Origin: Tubulanus polymorphus
Taxonomy: Eukaryota > Animalia > Nemertea
DNA length: 64,000 nucleotides
NCBI RefSeq assembly: GCF_964204645.1
Contig: NC_134029.1
Coordinates: 2,728,001-2,792,000, forward strand
Direction of reading: 5' to 3'
Shown: in pieces, positions 54,546 to 64,000 of the stretch
Numbering within the stretch: position 1 is the first letter of the stretch
Layout: every line of letters begins with the position of its first letter
Made by a program: the position numbers and the translations under genes
The notes under the pieces: model-generated
What the model was told of the DNA's origin: nothing
The model's input: only the letters and a program-made list of their open reading frames with translations
Databases searched by the model: none

Positions 54546-57500
54546 ATGGTTTCGTGCGCCCCTAGCTGCGGCCCCTGTTACACGCCAGCTAAAGAGCGAC
54601 TGAGTTTATTCGATATCGAGGTTGACCGTCAAACCGGGGTTTATCAAACTGGTGAAACTGTGACGGGAAACGTTCGTATTAAAGTCGGTAAAGAATGGGA
54701 CATCAACGGTAAGTGCACAGTAAAGTTATTACTGTGCCGATAATCTGTCTCGACTGTGGAGCTGGCCCCAAAATGAACATACGAAACCCGCAATAATCGG
54801 TTACGCCATTGCGTAGGGCACCTTCAGTGTTATCGTATTTTGAATTTATATTTAGGAATCTGCATTCGCTATTTTGGAATGGCTAAAACAGAGTGGTCTC
54901 TGGGGGAGAGCAGCTTTGTCGGCGAGGAGAAATATCTGGATATGACACGTACAGTAATGGGGCAAGGCAAGTGAATTTAAATAAGAATCGATATTTGATT
55001 ACAGGAATTACTATTCGGTGTTTCGGTACCGCGGAAGTGAAATGGTTTATTCAAGAATCGGCTTGTAAAAATAACGAATCTTATATCGATAAAAAGAAGA
55101 CTGTGTTAGGAGCAGGCAAGTTAAGAGTAGCGAAACCTCTTTCCTGTGTACGATTCATCTTATAATGTCATAGGGGATATCAACAGGGCAGCCATCTTTA
55201 AATTTGCTTATATCATATTTTCAGAGCGAGGAAAGGGTAGCGCTAATATAAGTCTGAGACCGGATGATGTTTATAAATTCCCGTTTTCGTTTCGGATTCC
55301 CGAATCGAGTCCGATGTCGCTTGAGGCTGAAAATGGTTTCATCAGATACGGGATTACCTGCCATATTTACGCTCTAATCGGTGAAGATTTAACGCTCACC
55401 AAAATCATCACCGTCGCTAATAATGTAGATCTCAACGATATTCCTGAAGCTAAGGTACAATATCAATATCAAATGAGACTAGTCGCAATTTATGTAGTGG
55501 ATGTAATGGACCTATTACAATATTGATGATTTAACAATGACAATTTGTTACACTGAAATCTTCAAAGATTATCTAAAAAACACAAATCACTAAAGATGGT
55601 CAACTCTCTTTCTTCTGAATAATCTCTTTGAAATTTTACCTTAAACGTAAAAATGACATGTTTTCGTTGTTAAAATAATGTTCAATATTGTTGGTCTTTT
55701 ATAGACACCAAGTTACGATACTTTTTCGACAGCCAAGTGCATCTCTAATGATGTACGAATGGATTTGAATTTACCTCTGTTTTGTCTAATTAGGGTCAAA
55801 AAGTAGCTGAGGAACAAATAGGCGTGAAGAAAATGTGTTGCACTACCGGGGGTATCAGAGCTACGTTACAGATAGATCGAGCTGGATACATACCGGGTGA
55901 AGGTATCCAGGTATCCGGTGAAATAATCAATCGCTGTTCGACAATTTGCCGTTCTCAAATCAAAATAAAACAGGTATTCAGTTTATTCGGTTCCATTCGG
56001 TGCTGATACTTTTGCAGACAAATCTTATACTCAATAAAGTTTAAAAGAAAAACGTTAATTCAAAGGAGCTTTTATACATTTCATTTCAGACGATTCATTA
56101 CTATTCCGATGATGGGATGGCAACAATATCGGTAAAGGATTTTTGTAAGAAGTCGGGTGGTATAGTATTCGGTGGAGGGTCTCATCGTTGGGATGGCACC
56201 GTACTGAAAGTACCAGACCTCACGCCATCAGTGCTAGATCCATGTAAAATCATGGTTATTCGCTACACTTTACAGGTTCGTTAATATTTGTGTGTCTGGT
56301 TCCCGGAACTTTTGTTCCCCTTATATATTACAACAGTAGACCATGGGCGTTTTTCTACATGATTAGAAATAGAAATAGAAATTTTCACTTATTTCTGCTG
56401 CCTTTTATAAAGAAAATTCACCTGTCTATAGATACTTAGATATAGATAGGCACATAATGAATGATTTTGTATGAAGATATATACTAGGGTAACCCTTTAT
56501 AAAGGCTGTTTTTACTTGTGACACTTTAATAAACTATATATGGCTAAGTTTTGAGATCATTACGAGCCATTCATCAAAACGTCTTAATTATCAATGATCG
56601 CTAGAAAATATACAGCGGAAAATAAATCTGATTTCGGCGAGGTACAAAGAATTGTGTCTTGATTTCTATCCAATAGATGACGGTGACCCCTTCAGGTGCG
56701 TGCATCTCAACAGGTCGAGTCAGGCTGAAAATTCCACTAGAGATCGGTAACGTTCCACTGCTCGGTAAATACGTACCGTACGACGACCTCGTGCGGAGGA
56801 AAAACGCTAAATTCGAGATAAATCGAGTACGAAAATCAACGGCTTTCAAAGAGAGGAACAACAACCACGAAGAGGCCGGGGATAAAAAGAAGAAAGGAAA
56901 ACGCCCGAAATATGCGACTAAGCCGTATTATAATTGGCGAACATTTTCATCGAGAATATATATGAATCCGAAACCGAAACCTAAACGAAAAATGCTTTTA
57001 CTCTTCAAAAGAAAATCAGGTAGATACACCGTCATAAAATGCATTTAATTGTCTCAAGACTTGTCCTTATCGACTGCAAGAGAGTCCGCGTCACTCCATG
57101 AAGATTTTAAGTTTTGCAAAAACGTTACATGAAGTTATTTCAACCCAAAATTGAACCGTGGGTCCTAAATCATTAAAATGAATGAAACCCTACGCAGCTG
57201 GATAGAATGAATCTATCTGATCGGCTGGAAACTTCACTTGCTTCCATTCAAATATATCTGAAAATCTGTATGAAAATGATCTTAACATGTGTCTTACTAA
57301 AAATATTTTGTTTTTGTTGTTGTAATTCTTGGTTGAATACAGACAGTAAAAAGAAACAGTCAACAGCGCTTGATGTACGCGAAGATTTCTATGAGAATAC
57401 GTATTCAAATTACCAGAGTACTTACGCCAATTTGGAAGACGAAGATAATCAGTATAAAAATTCATTTACATACGCGGACGCCGCTATTAGCGCCCAGGTA

Positions 57501-57563
57501 ACGTCATTCTCTAGCGTCGATAGTTACGCCACCTGGCAGAAAAGTGATGACGAAGAAAATTGA
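54546..57563 (+). CDS. Alpha-arrestin 2, ~477 aa, with alternative exons 2a/2b
   Basis: Exons 54546-54708, [54856-54966 OR 55005-55115], 55225-55454, 55794-55973, 56090-56275, 56677-57019, 57343-57563 (1434 nt with one exon 2). Motifs YQTGETVTGNV, YKFPFSFRIPESSPMSLEAENGFIRY, DRAGYIPGEGI and IPLEIGNVP. The last exon is less certain; the unspliced frame would stop at 57048. Confidence 0.88.
54856..54966 (+). CDS. Alternative exon 2a of alpha-arrestin 2 (GC donor)
   Basis: TTTAG|GAATC...CAAG|GCAAGT, 111 nt. Encodes GICIRYFGMAKTEWSLGESSFVGEEKYLDMTRTVMGQ. Confidence 0.8.
55005..55115 (+). CDS. Alternative exon 2b of alpha-arrestin 2 (GC donor)
   Basis: TACAG|GAATT...GCAG|GCAAGT, 111 nt. Encodes GITIRCFGTAEVKWFIQESACKNNESYIDKKKTVLGA. 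Confidence 0.82.
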
Positions 57564-58437
57564 TTCAACCAACTCTGATCTATCTTATCGTGTTACCACT
57601 AAATGGATTTCATGGAATACAGAAGATTCAATTTAATCGTATTCATATTTTGCTCATTGTTCAACGTGAAATAAAAATGGTCTCCATGTGCATATATTTA
57701 TTTTTTTCAATCTGTGCATTTGAAAATCTTGATTCTATTACATTTACGATTTTGTAAGTACATATAATGAACGCAACTCAACACCCAATGTTATAGTGTA
57801 AGGTGAACTTGGTCGTTCGTCAATGAAAATTGATGTTCAACTGCCAGCGATGCAATTAAATTTTGTTTGAAGACTTTGAAGGGACCTCATTGGACACACT
57901 GCAATGGCGAGTGTATCAACTTTTATTAGACGCGATGCAAAACAATGCTAATATTGCGAACTGGGCCTCCATATTGCATGATTTCTGAGCTTTCTGCATC
58001 TTGGCTTCTTTTGGCTGTTTACGGCAGAATTCTTTTAGAAACTAGAACAAAGGATTAAAGATCAGTGCATACAAACATGAACGCAAACAATGGAAAATAG
58101 CTTAAGTTTTACCTTTATAAAACATTCAACGTGGCAGATGGACTAGTCCACAAACTCCACGCCGGAAGACCGTCTCTGTGTGTCAGGTTAACCAAATTGA
58201 GGACCAAAATCGTACTTTATTTTGCTGTTCGCGATACAAGAAATGTTTTGCTCTTCCAATATTTTCGACAGAATTCCTCCTTATTCAAATTCATAGATCT
58301 ATTGAGCACTAGCGCCCATATACTATAAGAACAGGGAACTATCTCATTAGGATGTTTAGTGAAAGAACGAGTTGACGAGTAACGACGTATTCAGTATTCC
58401 TGTATTAGTTATCCGTTTTTAATATTATCATTACCGG

Positions 58438-58547
<110 letters not shown>

Positions 58548-59187
58548 CAATATTTCATTCAAGTAACGTAAAATGTTGACGAATAAAGAATAGATGTAAA
58601 ATATCAATTTGAAATCGTAATTTGAATATTTCTAAACCCATGAATTATTTCCATAGTATTTACGTACATTAAGCACTATGTATAGATGCATGCTAAAAAC
58701 GTGTAGTGTCACGAATATATATGAATACATGTAAATAGATGACTTCATTCTAGTAAAATATTCAAACGATGAAAACAACTAGTATTAACGTCCGGGTCTT
58801 TGCATCAACATTTATAGGTATATACTGTAAAATTATTGTAAATGTTTGAATGTGACCTACATGCGGATAATAGTCGCTATCCACAAATCAACAAAACATG
58901 AATGCAATCAGATCTATGGATATTAATTAGACCTTGTCTGAGCGGGATCCATAATCCATAATCCAGGTAATTATTGCGATATAATTCGGTATTAGTTTCT
59001 TAGATAGGTTTCTTTCAATATTTCAGCTTGAAAAATAGGTCAATGTGTTATTTGATTATAACTATCAGTACCGTACATGTGATTGTATTGTTGTTGTGTC
59101 AGGTATCACGTCGGTCGCATAAATGATAAAGATTATAAGACGAACTGTCCAAGAAAACAAAAAAGGATTCGATGGTGAAGTGAATGT

Positions 59188-61774
59188 ATGATGCATAAGT
59201 TAGCTCGATTGGATATATTGTTTGATCGTGATGATCAGCCGTATCAACCTGGTGACATCGTGCGAGGAAAAGTCGTCTTTCAGGCGGGTGATATCTCACT
59301 ACTTATCACTAGTAAGTACTCGCTTGCATATGCTATATGCTGACGTATCCAAGTTTGTGACAACTATAAATGAAACCCGCTTTGAATTTCTACATTCTAT
59401 CCTTGCTAACTGTAGCTGTAGGGGTTTAGAATGTTATGTAAATGATAACGAGGGATTAGTGTTCCTGCGTAGGGATATGCGAGTATATACTCATGTGATT
59501 CGGTGATTTTCCATGTATGTGATCACTTAGATATATTACCTGTGCCTGGCGTGCTGACTAGGTTATCATAAACACCAAAACTGACCTTAGAATAAAGCTA
59601 ATTGATCTAATGAATTCGCTTAAGTATAAGCAGAATTGACGAGTTGTTTAAGATCTCCCTTTTAGTTGTGAATAGCACATCGCCCAATCGGCTAGGGCGT
59701 ATGAAATTGGGAAAGTTTTCACCAACCGCCATCTGGTAGGTTGGCTTACTAAAAAAAGAATCAATTGCTGAAACAACGTGTATAATTCGCCGAAAGTCCT
59801 GGCAGTGGTGTATCCACGGTGATCCTACGTTGTTCAACGATCGCGTGTACCCGCCATGGTTCTTGGAGAAACCGAAAGATGAACCCTATTCTAGACCTAC
59901 CGATTACTGAAAAGCTAATCGCGACCTGTCGTAGGAAACCTCTTTTGAAAATCCCATTCGATAATTTCTTATTTGGATGTTTTAGGTGGAATACTATGCG
60001 GTAAAGGAGCCAGTGCAATAGGCTGGAACGATGCAGCTATTGAGAATACTCTTACTGTACATACTGCTAAACAAGAATATTTCAATTACAAACACGTATT
60101 TTGTGATAAAGGTAATGTTTTCAAATACCCGTTACGCTGATATAGGAAAACCTCTATTCAGAAAGAAAACAGGTCCAAAAAGGTATCCTTTAGGTGATGA
60201 TTCATTTTCCGACGCTTCGACTCGATAACTAGAATGGAAAACGTTTTGGACTCGTTGATATTTTCTATATTATCGTTACAATACAGACATATAGGTTATC
60301 ACGGCACCTTCCTCTGGAGATTGCTCATAGTTTTATATACATAACTTTACATATGCTGATCGTTTCTATCTTCAAGTATATGTAGTTATTTAGTCCCCTT
60401 TTCCGTTTTGTGTTGTAAGTTCTCCATATCATATAATTAATCTCTTGTTAACTGTTTCCAACCTACATGATTTGGAGAACCCTTACTGTTCTGTCTTCAA
60501 TTAATGATAATATTATGTTAATTTTGTCATAAAAGTTGTAATACTTTGACAATAAAGCTCAGATATATATATATATATACGTATATTTTATTTATTCCAT
60601 ACTTGAAAATCACCAGTGACTTCGAGTACGGATAACGCGAACGGTTGGGCGTTAATGAAACAACGAAGTTACCAAGTTCCGTTTGAATTCTCTCTACCGT
60701 CCACCTGCCCGGCATCGATTCACTGCGAGAACGGTTGGATTCGTTATTACGTTTCGTGTCACGTTAAGACTAAAGCTTTGAATCCTGAGGATGAACACCT
60801 TATTGGACACATTAAATTCGGAAATCATCGCGTATACCACGTCAGAAAGGAGTTATTCGTACAGGGATATCTGAATATCGGTGGTGGATACAGCTCAAAG
60901 GTCCGTATGTTATAGCACCCAAATTCAATATTTGACTGATGTTGAGTAACGTATTGAATAAATCTGGAACTCTTGTAGAATCAGATACTTAACTCGCAAC
61001 TTTGGTTCTTGTTTCCGAGACATTGACAATGCACTGTTTCGAAAACATCATGTAAAAGACATTTCATTCATTCACTACGAGACATATGATTCGTACGTGT
61101 ATTTACAGAAGTTGGTGTCAAAGACACTAAAATGTGGATTTCTTGCCAAAGGAAGAAGCGTTATTTCATCAACACTACGCTTAGATAAGACAGGCTATCT
61201 GCCAGGAGAGGTTATTCGGATTTACGGCGAAAACAGAAACGAAAGTCCGTGGAAATGTAAATGTACATTGAAACTAGTGAAGGTTTGCATCTATAAGATC
61301 GAGAATTATTGGAATATTGTTTTCAATACAATCATTTCTTAATACGTAGATGACCTGTCTTGCTTTTGTAGGCAATAACAATATGGAGCGCAGATGGACA
61401 ATCAAAGCAAATGGCTCAGGATATTTGGAAAATAGAAACGCATGCTTTAAATCGAGGGATGAGATTTGTCTGGAAGGGACAACCCGTAACTATACCAACA
61501 GATTCTACACCAAGTCTACAACCTTCCGATATCATATCAGTTGAATATCTAATCGAAGTAAGAAAGTCGTCAAGATGTGGAGAGAAAATCCAATATATCA
61601 CCGATAACTATGAGCTTGAATGTATCGTAATATATCGCTTCATTCTTGTCTTTGTATATATTTCAGATGCGTTGTTTTCCGATGTCGTTTTTGCCGCGTG
61701 TTCTCGGTAGGAGGCTCTGCCTCAGAATTCCGATTGTAGTCGGTACGGAAAGGTCATCATCGAAAGAGTCGTGA
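59188..61774 (+). CDS. Alpha-arrestin 3, ~333 aa, with no C-terminal tail
   Basis: Exons 59188-59311, 59986-60111, 60617-60900, 61109-61282, 61372-61557, 61667-61774 (1002 nt). Motifs YQPGDIVRGKV, VPFEFSLPSTCPASIHCENGWIRY, DKTGYLPGEVI and IPIVVGT. Confidence 0.87.
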
Positions 61775-64000
61775 CTCGATGTACGTCATCAGCGAAAATT
61801 CGTAGAATATCTAGTTGTCAGCAATGAGTTTAAGTTATATTGAACTTGATCGATATGAACTTCATAATTACTTCTGCAATGAGTCCAGTGTTCGGATCAA
61901 CAGATGCATCATAAAAAGGCGGACTCTCTTCTTGGAGCTATGGAATCTAAGCTTCAATATCTTAATATAGAATTGGTTGTCAATGCGATCTTTCTGTTGA
62001 GCTAGAAATAACATTTTTGAAATAATTCTCCATTCTTAAGCAAAGTCTGTTGAATCCAAAATGTGTGGTCGTTGCAAACAAATTTTCCACAGACCACTCA
62101 TCCGCAATCTTATGATTGATAAAAATGTCTGTTTTCTGATGTTCTCGCAAAAATTAGTTTTGGTGCGTGCTAAAAAAAATATATGGTATAGCGACTTCAT
62201 TCCGACAAGAGCATTTTTAAATGAAATAGCGGTATAAAGCTAACTAAAAGCCAGATTTGGAATTGACATTATCTATACCCTGCAAGACGTTTCGGTTGAA
62301 AATGAAAATGTCATTTGATTTGTTCAAGTTTAACCCGATTATCAGACCATATGAAATATAGCCTCGGGTTTGATGCGTAGGATCCGTTACATTTTACCAT
62401 AAAAGGATTTAAACAGAGATTCATTTGTTTAACATCAAATCAAAAACCTCGCTGTTTCCCGCGGGTACCCGGATCGTGCGGCTCTATTGGTGGCGATAAC
62501 TGCGAAAATAATTCTATTTAATGTAGCCCGTGTTTTCATTTGTGAAATAAAAGAATCCCTTGTTAAATTACCGCTTGAAGTCAAGATTTGTTTATCCGAA
62601 AGAAAATCGCACACATTCTTGGTATTTTCTGTAAATGTCATGCGTTTCTTTGTGAAAATAATCATAAAATAAAACCTGTATGTGATATGAAACCTTTACA
62701 ATTGGATTAACTGTTTTTAATCAGGCGAAGAAATGAGTTTTATTTATCTTGTGGAGTACAAAATCCAGAAAGCTTTGAAAATGATTCTTCCGGATTACGA
62801 TTACTGGATAGGGTTGTCTTTCGACTATGATAAGTATTTGGAGAAAAAATTCCGAATCTCAAGTATTTATTGAAAACGAAAAAGTTGATCGCGCAACTGG
62901 GACTGGGTCCATTATATTCATTTGAAATTAACTTACTTTAGTCATCGAGTCGAAAATAGCATAGCGCGTCTCCGGCTTTAGAATCAGAGTTTATTGAGGA
63001 CTTTTTGACCGATAGTCGTCCAACTAACAACAGATGGTCGAGTACATTAACTAAACATTACAATAATAATCAGGGGGAAAAAGACGGTAAATCCTAATTT
63101 TAATTAATTAATCCTCGCTGTTCCGGCTCCATTAGCTGATGGGTAGAGCTTGTTCAATGTTACTCGCTGATTATTCTTGTTTAACAACCGGAAACTTGGA
63201 ACCACCTCCTTTTATAATCTGCAACCGATAGATTAAAACGTCGGACAATAAAACACTGCTGACTACCTACCGCCGGCTGACTCGAGCAGGCTGTGGCACG
63301 TGTGTCACTTCCGGTATGCATACAACACGACGCTGATTGCGCACGCGTATTCCGCGACCCGACTCGGGGTGTGTCAGCTGAAACAGCCAAAAATAAGTCA
63401 CTTGGTCTGGCCATGGATTCTACTGACAAACTGTGTCAATTATCACAACACTGCGGTGCAGTCATCAGCATACTGGTTTATTATCAGCGCATGTAAACCA
63501 TATATACTATATTAATTCTTGTGATTTTCACAAATTTTGGTTTTGTCCTCTAAGCAACTGTACTTTTGTCGAACGATAAAGCATATTCTATGGGCTTGCG
63601 GACATGAGGTCGATGCTTCGACTATTTGTAGGGCAAACGTCCTCGCCTAATCCAACTATCTGAAATATTTTTTTTTCATTTGCTCTTTTTCTAATGTTTT
63701 TGTTTTGTCACGTTGGGCCTCCTTTTCCAATATGCAAATATTTCTTGAAAAATTATCTATAAAATCCAATTATCCAATAAATAAAAAGAGCATTGGTGTG
63801 TGAATATAACAGTATGAAACGACGATGATTCGGTGGTGAGATTATGGCTGTTTGATTATCTGCGCAATCGTTAATATGTATTTATCAGCGGAAAGTTTTA
63901 TTAATCCGTGGTTTCCCTTGACAGCGACGTGTCAGCCGATTACAAATAACGTGTCAATATGATCAGATAAATAGTGATTAATACGTGTTGACCTCTCACA

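Noticed and set aside
63128-63200. tRNA-like A-box (TAGCTGATGGGTAGAGC); isolated B-boxes near 30172 and 34186
   Set aside because: No cloverleaf or paired A/B boxes are present. These are at most SINE debris, not tRNA genes.

Overview
AT-rich, intron-containing animal genomic DNA. An invertebrate, probably lophotrochozoan, source is inferred from gene content and cannot be proven here. There are no prokaryotic features, CRISPR arrays or rRNA. Hand-splicing on GT/GC-AG sites with phase checks gives four main blocks. (1) A 16-exon, ~699-aa secreted, probably GPI-anchored Cys-rich protein (5945-27933 +), built from an internal duplication with a single-exon ShKT domain between the two halves. 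(2) A highly divergent phospholipid-scramblase-like gene (28685-30434 -) that the ORF track shows only in fragments. (3) Four intact SLC16/MCT-type MFS transporter paralogs (34262-45216) whose predicted pore residues have diverged. (4) Three alpha-arrestin genes (46402-61774 +), all lacking PPxY motifs. One of them carries two homologous 111-nt exons, each with a GC donor and only 38 nt apart, which is a strong candidate for mutually exclusive splicing. Repeats include long (CGG)n, (CTG)n and (AT)n tracts, palindromic MITEs (one inverted pair brackets an exon), a Penelope-like remnant with a mutated hammerhead ribozyme, an RTE-LINE fragment and GC-rich minisatellites. All gene models are manual and lack transcript support.
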